Shown: positions 17,052 to 26,954, counted from the first letter of the stretch. The stretch is 64,000 bases of DNA from Eubacteriales bacterium (GCA_045649925.1 JAZRQS010000021.1:13120-77119), one strand, 5' to 3'. The notes: a model not told the origin generated them from the sequence alone. Translations and numbers: made by a program.

Positions 17052-17249
17052 TTATTTTGCTGAATTGCAGCCTTCGCCCTCGCACTCGTTCTTTGGTTTG
17101 AATGTGGCGCAAACTGTTTCACTACTGCTCTGGGCGTAGCTGGGGCCTACTGCGATGCATTCGGCGTGGCACTTGTTGTCCTTGTCATGATAAGTGCAAT
17201 TGCAAACATCGCAAACAATTCCGCTAATTGCTTTTTTGTTCTGTTCCAT
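17052..17249 (-). CDS. DUF1540-type Cys-rich small protein
   Basis: IVCDVCNCTYHDKDNKCHAECIAVG...SETVCATFKPK matches my recollection of the DUF1540 pattern. Confidence 0.7.
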   Translation of the reverse strand: MEQNKKAISGIVCDVCNCTYHDKDNKCHAECIAVGPSYAQSSSETVCATFKPKNECEGEGCNSAK

Positions 17250-17339
17250 GCTTAAACTCCTCGTAGTTTTTATAGTTCTTTGCGAACTAAATATATTTTA
17301 ACTCAAATTATTTTTTATATTCATCGAACGGAGTATAAT

Positions 17340-18071
17340 ATGTCAGTATTTGTAATGGGGGATCTTCATTTATCCACCCTTGCCAGTACCAACAAATCTA
17401 TGGAGGTATTTGGCAGACGCTGGTCCGGATACATCGATAAAATTTCAAAAAACTGGACATCAATAGTAAATTCGGACGATACAGTCATAGTGCCGGGCGA
17501 TATTTCGTGGGCATTGAGCCTTGAGGAAGCCGAATCGGATTTGAAATTCATAAACGCTTTGCCGGGAAAGAAGATATTCTTAAAGGGTAATCACGATTTT
17601 TGGTGGTCTACACTCTCCAAAATGAACGCCTTTTTTGAAAAAAACGAAATCACTACAATAGACTTTCTGTACAACAATGCGCTAATAGTCGAGGATTTCA
17701 TTCTGTGCGGAAGCAGAGGATGGTATCAGGACAACGACAACGAAAAGGCGCGTCAAGACAATAACTATGAAAAGATAATTGCCAGAGAGTGTATCAGGCT
17801 CAAATTGAGTCTTGATGAGGGGAAAAAATTTAAAGAGGAGCATACTGACAAGGAGCTGGTAGTTTTTATGCACTTCCCTCCCTTCTGGAACAGGTTCGAG
17901 TGTCGTGAGTTTATTGATATTTTGAAGGAATACGGAGTCAAGCGTTGCTATTTCGGTCACATACACGGAAATTACACAGCGCCGAGATATGTAGAGCACG
18001 AGGGTGTGGATTTCATAATTGTGTCGGCAGATTACCTTGAATTTGCCCCGCGATTGATTCTGCCACAATAA
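17340..18071 (+). CDS. Calcineurin-like metallophosphoesterase
   Basis: GDLHLS, PGDISW, GNHDFWW, HFPP and GHIHG motifs are present. ACGGAG precedes ATG 17340. Confidence 0.75.
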   Translation: MSVFVMGDLHLSTLASTNKSMEVFGRRWSGYIDKISKNWTSIVNSDDTVIVPGDISWALSLEEAESDLKFINALPGKKIFLKGNHDFWWSTLSKMNAFFEKNEITTIDFLYNNALIVEDFILCGSRGWYQDNDNEKARQDNNYEKIIARECIRLKLSLDEGKKFKEEHTDKELVVFMHFPPFWNRFECREFIDILKEYGVKRCYFGHIHGNYTAPRYVEHEGVDFIIVSADYLEFAPRLILPQ

Positions 18072-18137
18072 AAACTCACAAAAAATCAAAAATGCTGAAT
18101 TTTGTTGCATTTATTTGTCATTTTTAATATTTATATC

Positions 18138-18166
18138 TTGACATTATTGAATTTGTGAGGTACAAT
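18138..18166 (+). promoter_or_regulatory. Sigma-A type promoter of tig
   Basis: TTGACA 18138-18143, 17-nt spacer, TACAAT 18161-18166. Confidence 0.6.
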
Positions 18167-18219
18167 ATCATAGTGAATTAAAAATTAATATATGTATTCA
18201 TTTTTTGGAGGAAAAACCA

Positions 18220-19506
18220 ATGAGTTTTAAGAAAAAGGAAAAATTAAAGACCGAGAAAAATCTTTACACCATAGAGTTTTCTGTGGAGAAAGAGACATTT
18301 GATGCTGCGGTGAACAAGGTTTACGCTAAGGAAGTTAAGAAGATAAACGTTCCCGGCTTCAGAAAGGGTAAGGCACCTCGCAACATCATCGAAAAGATGT
18401 ACGGCAAGGGCGTATTCTACGAAGAGGCAATAAACGAGTGCATTCCCGATGCATTTGAGGCAGCTCTCAAGGAGTCCAAGCTTGATATGGTAGGCAGACC
18501 TGAGTTCGACGTTGTTTCTATCGACGACGAGGGAGTTCTCCTTACAGCAAAGCTTTACGTGAAGCCTGACGTTAAGATCGAGGGCTATGCAGGCATCGAG
18601 GCTGCAAAGGATGTAAAGGAAGTTACTGACGAGGATATCGATGCAGAGCTTCTCCGTGTTCGTGAAAGAAACTCCAGAACAGTAGACGTTACAGATCGTG
18701 CAGCTGAAATGGACGATATTGCAAACATCGACTTCGACGGATATGTTGACGGCGTTGCATTTGACGGCGGAAAGAGCGAAGGCTTTGACCTCAAGCTCGG
18801 AAGCGGTCAGTTTATCCCCGGCTTCGAGGAGCAGATCGTAGGAAAGAACGCAGGCGAAGAGTTTGACGTAAACGTTACCTTCCCCGCTGAATACCATGCA
18901 GAAAATCTCGCAGGTAAGCCTGCAGTATTCAAGACAAAGCTCAACGCTATCAAGAAGGTAGAGCTTCCCGAGCTTGACGACGAGTTTGCAAAGGATGTTT
19001 CCGAATTCGATACTATTGCTGAATATAAAGCAGATATTAAGGCAAAAATCCAGGATAGAAACGAAAAGCAGGCAGATGCGGAGTTTGAGAACAAGCTTCT
19101 CGATGCTCTTATCGAAAAACTCAATGCAGATATTCCTGCCGCTATGTTTGATGCTGAAACTGAGAACTATGTTCGTGACTACGACAGCCGTCTCAGAATG
19201 CAGGGCCTTGACCTCTCTACTTACTTCAAGTATACAGGTATGAACCTTGATCAGCTTCGTGAGCAGCTTCGTCCTCAGGCTGAAAAGCAGGTTAAGGTAA
19301 GACTTGCTCTTGAAAAGATCGCTAAGCTCGAGGGTATCAAGGTTTACAAGAAGGACGTTGACGCTGAGTACACAAGAATTTCTGAGGCTTACAATGTTCC
19401 TGTAGATCAGGTTAAGGAAATGGTTGATGCAAAGAGCATTGAGGAAGATCTCAAGGTTAAGGCTGCTATGGACTTTGTAAAGGCCAATGCGGTTATCGCA
19501 AAATAA
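18220..19506 (+). CDS. tig: Trigger factor
   Basis: VPGFRKGKAPRNIIEKMYG is the ribosome-binding signature and FIPGFEEQIVG belongs to the PPIase domain. GGAGG precedes ATG 18220. Confidence 0.95.
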   Translation: MSFKKKEKLKTEKNLYTIEFSVEKETFDAAVNKVYAKEVKKINVPGFRKGKAPRNIIEKMYGKGVFYEEAINECIPDAFEAALKESKLDMVGRPEFDVVSIDDEGVLLTAKLYVKPDVKIEGYAGIEAAKDVKEVTDEDIDAELLRVRERNSRTVDVTDRAAEMDDIANIDFDGYVDGVAFDGGKSEGFDLKLGSGQFIPGFEEQIVGKNAGEEFDVNVTFPAEYHAENLAGKPAVFKTKLNAIKKVELPELDDEFAKDVSEFDTIAEYKADIKAKIQDRNEKQADAEFENKLLDALIEKLNADIPAAMFDAETENYVRDYDSRLRMQGLDLSTYFKYTGMNLDQLREQLRPQAEKQVKVRLALEKIAKLEGIKVYKKDVDAEYTRISEAYNVPVDQVKEMVDAKSIEEDLKVKAAMDFVKANAVIAK

Positions 19507-19547
19507 TTTAAATACTGAATTTTACTACATTTAATAGGAGGTATGAT

Positions 19548-20132
19548 ATGGCGCTTGTACCAATGGTCATACAGGAAACAAATAAAGGCGAAAGGTCGTT
19601 TGATATTTACTCACGCCTTTTGAATGACCGAATTGTTTTTCTTGCAGACGAAGTAAATGATGCTACCGCTTCTCTTGTTGTTGCGCAGATGCTTTATCTT
19701 GAGGCGCAGGATCCCGATAAGGACATTTCGTTTTATATAAACAGTCCTGGAGGCTCTGTTTCAGCAGGCTTGGCAATTTATGACACAATGAATTTCATTA
19801 AGTGCGACGTATCTACCATTTGTATAGGAATGGCGGCAAGCATGGGCGCATTTTTGCTTGCGGCAGGTGCTAAAGGAAAGCGCTTGGCACTTCCCAACAG
19901 CGAGATTATGATCCACCAGCCTCTTGGTGGCACACGCGGTCAGGCTACCGACATCAAAATACATGCCGACCACATAATCAGAACAAGAGAAAAGCTCAAT
20001 GCTATTCTCGCCGAAAGAACCGGTCAGCCCATCGATGTTATTAACAGAGATACAGAAAGAGACAACTTCCTTTCTGCCGATGAAGCTGCAAAGTATGGTC
20101 TTATCGATAAGGTAATAGAAAAAAGAATTTAA
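19548..20132 (+). CDS. clpP: ATP-dependent Clp protease proteolytic subunit
   Basis: [18 protein letters not shown], with the catalytic triad context [11 protein letters not shown] and MIHQPLGG. Confidence 0.95.
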   Translation: MALVPMVIQETNKGERSFDIYSRLLNDRIVFLADEVNDATASLVVAQMLYLEAQDPDKDISFYINSPGGSVSAGLAIYDTMNFIKCDVSTICIGMAASMGAFLLAAGAKGKRLALPNSEIMIHQPLGGTRGQATDIKIHADHIIRTREKLNAILAERTGQPIDVINRDTERDNFLSADEAAKYGLIDKVIEKRI

Positions 20133-20148
20133 ATTAGTTTTATGAAAT

Positions 20149-20175
20149 GGGGCAAGTTTCTTGCCCTATTTCAAT
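20149..20175 (+). terminator. Hairpin plus T-rich tract between clpP and clpX (terminator or attenuator)
   Basis: gggcaag (20149-20155) pairs with cttgccc (20159-20165), followed by tatttcaatattttt. Confidence 0.55.
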
Positions 20176-20196
20176 ATTTTTATGAAGGTATAAATA

Positions 20197-21525
20197 ATGG
20201 CAAACAATTCTGACAACAAAAACACTCCCTTTTGCGCCTTTTGCGGAAGAAACGAGCATCAGGTGATGTTCCTTATTCCCTCTATTACAGGCGTGTATAT
20301 ATGCGACGAGTGTGTCCACGAATGTGCGGATCTTATAGAGGAGCATATGCCCAAGAGCATGGAGGAAACAGGAGATTTTGACGCTCTGACTCTTGCCGAC
20401 CTGCCGAAGCCGTCTGAGATAAAGAAAATACTAGACGAGCACGTAATAGGTCAGGACGAGGCGAAGACAGTCCTTTCGGTTTCTGTTTACAATCACTATA
20501 AGAGAATTTTGTCAAAGGAGTCAAAAAAAGACGAGGAAGGTGCTGCTCCCGATTTTGAAGGCGTGGAGATTCAAAAAAGCAATGTATTGCTCCTAGGCCC
20601 TACGGGTGTGGGAAAAACATATCTTGCTCAGACATTGGCAAAAACTCTTCGTGTCCCCTTTGCTATCGCTGACGCTACCACTCTTACAGAGGCAGGATAC
20701 GTCGGCGAGGACGTAGAAAACATTTTGCTCAGACTTATACAAGCGGCAGATGGTGACGTCGCACTTGCTGAAAAAGGTATCATATACATCGACGAGATAG
20801 ATAAGATATCGCGCAAGGGCGAAAACCGCTCTATCACTCGTGATGTATCGGGCGAGGGCGTTCAGCAGGCGCTTCTCAAAATTCTTGAGGGTACAGTTTC
20901 AAATGTGCCTCCACAGGGCGGACGAAAGCACCCCAACCAAGAGTTTATACAGATAAATACGGAGAACATTCTCTTTATCTGCGGTGGCGCATTTGACGGA
21001 CTTGAAAAGATAATTGAAGCTCGCCAAGGCAGCTCGACCATAGGATTTGGCGGAGAAATTAAGGGGCAGAAGGAAAAACTCGCGCGCGGAATGTATAAGG
21101 ATGTCATTTCCCACGATATCGTGAAATATGGACTTATCCCCGAGCTTGTCGGTCGTGTACCTGTAATAGTAGCTCTTGAAAATCTCGACGAGGAGGCGCT
21201 TGTCAGAATACTGAAGGAGCCTAAAAACTCGCTGTGCAGACAGTATGCAAAGCTGTTTTCATATGATGGTGTGGAGATCGAATTCGAGGACGATGCGCTC
21301 AAGGCCGTCGCAAGCCTTGCCATAAAGAGAAATATAGGTGCTCGAGGACTTCGTTCAATTCTTGAAAATCTCATGATAAAGCCTATGTATGAAATCCCTA
21401 GTCAGACAAATGTGAAAAAGATAATATTCACTAAAGACTTTGTAGAAGGAAATGCAAAACCGAAAATAATAAAGAAAACGGCAAAAAAAGCTTCCTCTGC
21501 TGCTGATAAAAAGACAACTGAATAA
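20197..21525 (+). CDS. clpX: ATP-dependent Clp protease ATP-binding subunit ClpX
   Basis: Zinc finger CAFCGR...ICDECV, Walker [12 protein letters not shown], and IYIDEIDKI. Confidence 0.95.
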   Translation: MANNSDNKNTPFCAFCGRNEHQVMFLIPSITGVYICDECVHECADLIEEHMPKSMEETGDFDALTLADLPKPSEIKKILDEHVIGQDEAKTVLSVSVYNHYKRILSKESKKDEEGAAPDFEGVEIQKSNVLLLGPTGVGKTYLAQTLAKTLRVPFAIADATTLTEAGYVGEDVENILLRLIQAADGDVALAEKGIIYIDEIDKISRKGENRSITRDVSGEGVQQALLKILEGTVSNVPPQGGRKHPNQEFIQINTENILFICGGAFDGLEKIIEARQGSSTIGFGGEIKGQKEKLARGMYKDVISHDIVKYGLIPELVGRVPVIVALENLDEEALVRILKEPKNSLCRQYAKLFSYDGVEIEFEDDALKAVASLAIKRNIGARGLRSILENLMIKPMYEIPSQTNVKKIIFTKDFVEGNAKPKIIKKTAKKASSAADKKTTE

Positions 21526-21527
21526 AG

Positions 21528-21572
21528 AAAAGCTATGGGCAACGCTTTTGCGAAAGTCCATAGCTTTTTTGT
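21528..21572. terminator. Intrinsic terminator after clpX (convergent with the E2-like gene)
   Basis: aaagctatgg (21529-21538) pairs with ccatagcttt (21558-21567), followed by a T-run. Confidence 0.8.
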
Positions 21573-21577
21573 TTGAT

Positions 21578-22456
21578 TTAGTCGATGTCCTCTAATACAG
21601 CTTCGGGAGCTACGTCGAGGAGCTTCGGGTTGAGAAGATAGCGCTTTACTATCTTAAATGCTGATGCATAGTAATAACCATCGCAAATTCTCTCATCAGT
21701 TACTGCTTTGAAAGTAACGAAGTGGCGCTTCTCTGCTTTTCCCTCATCGTTTATAACAACATCAGTAAACTTTTTGCCGAAAGAGAGGAATACAGGAAGA
21801 TTTCCAAAGTCGTAGAGGTGATGGTATATAGCATTTATACCGAGAGAGCCCATGCTGGTTATGATAAACGAGCCGTGGAAGGGGCTGACCTTTGTCAAAG
21901 CCTTCGGGAGTATGTCAAAATAGTCCATGCATCTCAAGATGCCGACAGCGCATCTCAAAATAAGACCAGGTATTTTGATGAGAGCGCCTGCAGTTTTGTC
22001 AAAGTCGCTGTCTGCACTCAATGCATCTTCTGCCACCTTGGTGAACTTTTCATATACGTCGACTGCTGTATCTGTGGGTTCAAATTCTACCTTTATGGTA
22101 GTGTCAGGCGCTTCAATTGACATCTGCTTTTTTATGGTCATTACGCCTTCGATCTTGTTTCTTGAATAAATCTTTTGTCCTGCTACAAATCTATTTAATC
22201 CGGGACGAGTTGCAATGGCACGAACATAGGCCGCCAAGAAAATATGTAATATGCCCATATTTTTGTAGCCCTGTTGATGCTTTTCGCGAAGATAGCTCTC
22301 GATATTGGTAATATCTATAATATCTTCGAAGTGATTTTGCGAATCAGAACGGACCTTCATTATATAAGGCGTCATCTGGACCATCGGAGGAAGTGTGCGA
22401 ACTCTTCTGCCGTCTCTTCTGTCACCAAAACGACGGCGGGTGTTTTTCTTTTCCAT
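21578..22456 (-). CDS. Stand-alone 2-oxoacid dehydrogenase E2 / CAT-fold acyltransferase catalytic domain, no lipoyl domain, non-canonical active-site motif
   Basis: The C-terminal pattern GSFIITSMGSLG...FKAVTDERICDGYYYASAF is colinear with the E2 pattern GGTFTITNlG...sfDHRviDGa.aa.F. The N-terminus is Arg-rich (RRRFGDRRDGRRVR). Confidence 0.65.
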   Translation of the reverse strand: MEKKNTRRRFGDRRDGRRVRTLPPMVQMTPYIMKVRSDSQNHFEDIIDITNIESYLREKHQQGYKNMGILHIFLAAYVRAIATRPGLNRFVAGQKIYSRNKIEGVMTIKKQMSIEAPDTTIKVEFEPTDTAVDVYEKFTKVAEDALSADSDFDKTAGALIKIPGLILRCAVGILRCMDYFDILPKALTKVSPFHGSFIITSMGSLGINAIYHHLYDFGNLPVFLSFGKKFTDVVINDEGKAEKRHFVTFKAVTDERICDGYYYASAFKIVKRYLLNPKLLDVAPEAVLEDID

Positions 22457-22492
22457 ACAGTCATTTCCTTTGATTAAAAATACTTATGTCCT

Positions 22493-22521
22493 ATTTTACC
22501 ATATTATCGGAGTAAAATCAA
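22493..22521 (-). promoter_or_regulatory. Sigma-A type promoter (extended -10) of the E2-like gene
   Basis: On the minus strand: TTGATT (22521-22516), 17-nt spacer ending in TGg, TAAAAT (22498-22493). Confidence 0.55.
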
Positions 22522-22562
22522 TAGCTTTGGCGTATTTTGTATTATCAAGGCGATTTGCAAAA

Positions 22563-22610
22563 ATAAAAAAGACACAGAGACAAGGTCCTTGCCAACTCTC
22601 TGTGTCTTTT
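22563..22610 (-). terminator. Intrinsic terminator of the PBP1A gene
   Basis: aagacacagag (22569-22579) pairs with ctctgtgtctt (22597-22607). A T-run follows on the minus strand. Confidence 0.8.
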
Positions 22611-22628
22611 GTTCTGCTGATGAATTTT

Positions 22629-25283
22629 TTATTCGTCCTCAAAGAATTCACTTTCGAACATTTCTGTTTTGTCTTTTTTTCCTATTTCGTCTTTTGTTTC
22701 TTTTTCTCCTGTGCTTTGAGGCTCTTTCTCGTTTGCTTCATCATCTTTGCCTTGAAGCTCCTCTATATCCTCGTAGTCAAGCTCTTCGTCCTGCTTGTGT
22801 TCAAAACAAAAGGCGTTGAACTGCTTTCCGTCCTTTTTGTAGGTGATGCCGACATATTTTCCTTTTGTTATAGTGTCGGCGAAGAAAGGCAGAGACCAGC
22901 TTTTTTGGGTAGGCTCTTTTTCTATTGCACGATAGATATATTCTGCATCAGTTATATATATCTGATGTGGAAAGCTACGGTTATACTCTTTTACAAGTGC
23001 TATCTTTTTTAGTTTATCTTTGTTTTCTGCCAAAGAATAATATTCCTTTTCCTCGTCTTTTGATAGATCTACTACTCCGCCTGAATCTACGTCATAGTCC
23101 ACTAAAACGTGAGAATTGCATATATTTCGAGGCGCAGTACCGCTTGCAAAATAGCCAACGCCCATTCTGTTCCCTCTGGGGTCACACTCACAGGTGGAGG
23201 TGTGGATTTTGCCGGAGTCCTTACAATACGTGCATTGTATAACTCCGTCTGCTATTCTGAAGTCCTCTATTTGCCTTGTGGTGTCACTCGTTACAACGTT
23301 GTGTACTTTTTTCATAACCTCGTCCCATACGTCGAGGTGAGTCTTCTTGATTTCGCCTATCGAATTATCTCGGTCGGGATAACCACACCAGATGCCCGCA
23401 GTATAATATGGCGTGTAGCCTATAAACCACCGGTCACGATCTTCTCCTGACGTTCCTGTTTTTCCTGCGGTATCGACTGTGTATTTTAAGGTAATGTCCT
23501 TGGCTGTGCCGTGACTTGTCACGTTTTGCAGCATTTGTGTCATTATTGAGGCATTTTGCTCGCTCCACACGCGCTCCTCTTGCGCTTCATTTTCCAAAAT
23601 TAAGTTTCCGAGTGAGTCATAAACGGCAATATAAGACCTGCACTCTCTGTGATTTCCGTCGTAAAATGAGGTGTATGCGCTTGTCATTTCTCGCAAGGTA
23701 GCGCCGTAGCTCAACTGACCGAGCGCAAGTGGCGCAGATGCGAGGTCGGTGACTTTGTTTCCATTTTCATAGGCGCTCCTCACGATACTGCGAACACCGA
23801 GCTTGTTCACAAGGTAGGAATACGACCTCTCTGCACCAAGCATTGAATATACCTTTATAGCTACTGTGTTTTTTGAAAGTGTTAAGGCTGTGTTGATGTC
23901 GGTAAGGCCGCTGTAAATAGCGGGATAATTGTTAGGCCAAGGAGTCTTGCCATAAAAAGAAACAGGCGTGTCATCGATTACTGTGCCCCACGTGATAAGT
24001 CCCTCCTGTAATGCAGGACCGTAGACTGACAAGGGCTTTATCGAAGAACCAGGAGGCATTTTTGCCTCTGTTGCGTATGATAACACCCTGTCTGCCTCTT
24101 TTGCTCCTACAGCACCGACAACTCCAAGCAAATCTCCTGTTTTTGTGTCGATTACCGTCATAGCCATCTGCATTCCCCTCGCCCTACATTCATACGGAAA
24201 GTTCCATTCATTTGAAAAATAGGTGTCAAGAATGCCCTGCACGCGCTCGTCCATCAAGGTGTAGATTTTCAAGCCACCCGAATAAACTGTGCGATACGCC
24301 ACTTCGTAGCTATAGCCCTTTGTTTCCATCAGGTCGGATATAACATCAGCCAAAACTGCTTCTGTGTACCATGAGTGAGGTGCTTGCTTTTTATCTTTTT
24401 TGTTCAACACTTCAAGCGGGGCATTGTATGCAATGGCAAAATCCTCATCGGAAATATATCCCTGCACTTTCATTTCGGACAGTATCAAATTTCTTCTTGC
24501 GAGGTTGTCTTCAGGGTTGCTTATAGGGTTGTAACGCGTGGGGGAGTTTGTTATAGCCGCAAGGCACACACATTCGACAAGAGTTAATTTTTCTACAGTT
24601 TTTCCAAAATAAGTTTCGGCAGCAGAGCCAACACCCACGCAGTTTTCTGACATAGGAATGATGTTCAGGTATAGTTCAAGGATTTCTTCTTTGGTGAAAT
24701 TCTTTTCTATATTGATAGCTCGCAAAATCTCGCGAAGCTTTCGTGATGCGCTTATTTCCTTGTCGTTACTTATATTTTTTATAAGCTGCTGAGTTATGGT
24801 AGATCCGCCAAAACGCGAGTCAAAGTCAAAGACATAGTTCGCAACTGCCTTTCCTGTCCTTAGCCAGTCTACTCCTTTGTGCTCAAAAAAACGGCGATCC
24901 TCTATAGCAATAAATGCATTTTTTAAGTTTTGAGGGATATTATCATACGTACACCATATGCCGTTTTCCGCACCAAAAACTCTCTCGTTTTCTAATTCCT
25001 TTGGTATATACACTCTTCTGCCGATATTTAAAGTCTCGGAAATTGATGAATTTTCCGGTGCGTTGCAATATATCTTTGTGGTTTTTGAGCCTCTCGACAT
25101 TGAAAAAAGCTCTACATCTGACGAGTAATCTATTTTTCTGCTTGTGCTTATCAAAATCACGGCACCGCTTATTACAGATATGACAAAAAGCGACAAAATA
25201 GAAATTCCTATCCTTGCAAAAATCCTTTTTGCAGTAGTTTTTTTATTCATTATATAGCAATATAGCACGATGCAAAAAAGCAT
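22629..25283 (-). CDS. Class A penicillin-binding protein (PBP1A-type glycosyltransferase/transpeptidase) with a roughly 200-aa C-terminal extension
   Basis: GT51 motifs AIEDRRFFEHKGVD and GGSTITQQLIKN. Transpeptidase motifs SSIKP (SxxK) and KTGTS. The start is ambiguous: ATG 25283 has GAGGA 7 nt upstream, ATG 25250 (MNKKTT...) has no RBS. Confidence 0.9.
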   Translation of the reverse strand: MLFCIVLYCYIMNKKTTAKRIFARIGISILSLFVISVISGAVILISTSRKIDYSSDVELFSMSRGSKTTKIYCNAPENSSISETLNIGRRVYIPKELENERVFGAENGIWCTYDNIPQNLKNAFIAIEDRRFFEHKGVDWLRTGKAVANYVFDFDSRFGGSTITQQLIKNISNDKEISASRKLREILRAINIEKNFTKEEILELYLNIIPMSENCVGVGSAAETYFGKTVEKLTLVECVCLAAITNSPTRYNPISNPEDNLARRNLILSEMKVQGYISDEDFAIAYNAPLEVLNKKDKKQAPHSWYTEAVLADVISDLMETKGYSYEVAYRTVYSGGLKIYTLMDERVQGILDTYFSNEWNFPYECRARGMQMAMTVIDTKTGDLLGVVGAVGAKEADRVLSYATEAKMPPGSSIKPLSVYGPALQEGLITWGTVIDDTPVSFYGKTPWPNNYPAIYSGLTDINTALTLSKNTVAIKVYSMLGAERSYSYLVNKLGVRSIVRSAYENGNKVTDLASAPLALGQLSYGATLREMTSAYTSFYDGNHRECRSYIAVYDSLGNLILENEAQEERVWSEQNASIMTQMLQNVTSHGTAKDITLKYTVDTAGKTGTSGEDRDRWFIGYTPYYTAGIWCGYPDRDNSIGEIKKTHLDVWDEVMKKVHNVVTSDTTRQIEDFRIADGVIQCTYCKDSGKIHTSTCECDPRGNRMGVGYFASGTAPRNICNSHVLVDYDVDSGGVVDLSKDEEKEYYSLAENKDKLKKIALVKEYNRSFPHQIYITDAEYIYRAIEKEPTQKSWSLPFFADTITKGKYVGITYKKDGKQFNAFCFEHKQDEELDYEDIEELQGKDDEANEKEPQSTGEKETKDEIGKKDKTEMFESEFFEDE

Positions 25284-25335
25284 CGCATTTTCCTCATAAT
25301 AATTACATTATTATTTTGGTTCAAAAATGCGATGC
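25274..25335 (-). terminator. Long composite hairpin plus U6 after truA; its 3' arm covers the upstream candidate start codon of the PBP gene
   Basis: Read on the minus strand, gcatcgcatttt (25335-25324) pairs with aaaatgcgatgc (25291-25280). An inner stem is formed by ataataat and attattat (25296-25314). The hairpin is followed by tttttt (25279-25274). Confidence 0.65.
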
Positions 25336-25362
25336 GATTACTATTAATGATTGCCAAAAATG

Positions 25363-26118
25363 TTATTTATAAATAACTTTGTTGAGGTATAATCCTTCGG
25401 GAGGTGCGGTCATGCCTGCTTTTGTGCGTGATTTGCTCTCCAGCATCAAGGTGATATCCTCGGGAGAAAAATTACCAAATGCTACAGAAACAAGCGTGCC
25501 GACCATAATTCTAACCATATTGTAGAGAAATCCATCGGCAGAAACGCAAAATTCCACCTCGTCATTTACTCTCTTTACAGTAAAGCTGTATATTGTCCGC
25601 ACCCTATCCTCGATATCCGAGTCGGTATTCATAAAGGCGGTAAAATCATGAGTCCCCAAGAAATTGTCAGCCGCTTTTTGCATTCTTCCGAGCGCTTCGT
25701 CGGTGATTTTTCTATACATTTCCCAAGAACGATTGTGGTAAAACGGATTGTTTACCTCGCCGTTATAGATTATATATTTGTATTCCTTGCTCCTTACATC
25801 ATATCTTGGATGGAAGTCGTCATCGACCTCGCGCGCTTCGTACAATGAAAGGTCGCTCGGCAAATATATCGCAATTGCCTTTGGAATTTTTTCTGCAGGA
25901 ATATGCGGAGCGAGGGGATCTGTCGGCTTGATAGTGATGCAGAACTCGTTTGCATGCACGCCACTATCTGTTCTGCTACATCCAGTCACGTTACATTCGG
26001 TGCCAAAGAGGCTGCGTGTGGCCTCGTTTAAAACGCCTTGTACTGTGCGCTTGTCGGGCTGCACCTGAAAACCACAAAAGTCCGTTCCTACATATCTTAT
26101 TTTAGCAAAGTATTTCAC
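25363..26118 (-). CDS. truA: tRNA pseudouridine(38-40) synthase (GTG start)
   Basis: YVGTDFCGFQVQP and the catalytic Asp context GCSRTDSGVHA. GAGGTG precedes GTG 26118. Confidence 0.9.
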   Translation of the reverse strand: MKYFAKIRYVGTDFCGFQVQPDKRTVQGVLNEATRSLFGTECNVTGCSRTDSGVHANEFCITIKPTDPLAPHIPAEKIPKAIAIYLPSDLSLYEAREVDDDFHPRYDVRSKEYKYIIYNGEVNNPFYHNRSWEMYRKITDEALGRMQKAADNFLGTHDFTAFMNTDSDIEDRVRTIYSFTVKRVNDEVEFCVSADGFLYNMVRIMVGTLVSVAFGNFSPEDITLMLESKSRTKAGMTAPPEGLYLNKVIYK

Positions 26119-26126
26119 GTTTCACC

Positions 26127-26954
26127 TCAAATAGTGTAGCCGATGTGTACATATCGGTTTATAAGCAAAACCAAAGCAATGAGAGCGACGAAAACAAACA
26201 TAAACAAGAAGTCAATGCCCTTGAACTCCAGCTTTGTAAGTCGGGTTCTTCCCTTGCCACCTCTGTAGCAACGACATTCCATCGCCATTGCGAGATCCTC
26301 TGCACGCTTAAACGAGGAAACAAAAAGCGGGATAAGGATAGGTATCAGCGCCTTTGCACGCTTCACAAGGCTTCCGTTAGTAAAATCGGCGCCTCGTGCC
26401 TTTTGTGCGTTCATTATTTTGTCGGTTTCTTCTATAAGAGTGGGGATAAATCTCAGCGCTATAGACATCATCATTGCAAACTCGTGGACAGGCACCTTTA
26501 TCTTTTTTAAAGGTGAAAACAAGGTCTCGATAGCATCAGTCAGCATAATGGGAGAGGTGGTGTATGAGACGAAAAGGCTGGTACCCATAACAAGAATGAT
26601 GACTCGGATAGCCATATAAAAGGCTCTCCAGATGCCGTCCTCGTAGATTTCTATGAATTTAAAGTGGAAAATAGGCTCTGCATCTGATTTTGTCAGAAAA
26701 ATGTTCAGAACCATTGTGAACAAGACGACAAAAACTATAGGCTTTAAGCCCTTGAGTATAGTTTTGTACGATATTCCGCTGAGCGATATAAAGGCAAATG
26801 TTGCTCCAAAAAGAAGCGCAAAGCAGAATATATTTCTTGCCGTAAAGATAGCAACGACAAAAAGAAATGTCATAATGAGCTTTGTGCGAGGATCAAGTCG
26901 GTGAAGGACGGATTTTCCGGGGAAAAATTGTCCCAAGGTGATGTCAGTCAGCAT
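26127..26954 (-). CDS. ecfT: ECF transporter transmembrane (T) component
   Basis: HRLDPRTKL at the N-terminus and the coupling helices motif ARGADF...; polytopic. It follows the two ECF ATPase genes. Confidence 0.85.
   Translation of the reverse strand: MLTDITLGQFFPGKSVLHRLDPRTKLIMTFLFVVAIFTARNIFCFALLFGATFAFISLSGISYKTILKGLKPIVFVVLFTMVLNIFLTKSDAEPIFHFKFIEIYEDGIWRAFYMAIRVIILVMGTSLFVSYTTSPIMLTDAIETLFSPLKKIKVPVHEFAMMMSIALRFIPTLIEETDKIMNAQKARGADFTNGSLVKRAKALIPILIPLFVSSFKRAEDLAMAMECRCYRGGKGRTRLTKLEFKGIDFLFMFVFVALIALVLLINRYVHIGYTI

Noticed and set aside
22395-23012. A 205-aa Phe/Leu/Cys-rich ORF spanning the E2-like promoter region and the 3' end of the PBP gene.
   Set aside because: It is the antisense reading of the acidic (GAA/GAT-rich) PBP tail and of intergenic DNA, and it crosses a terminator. 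It is not plausible as a gene.
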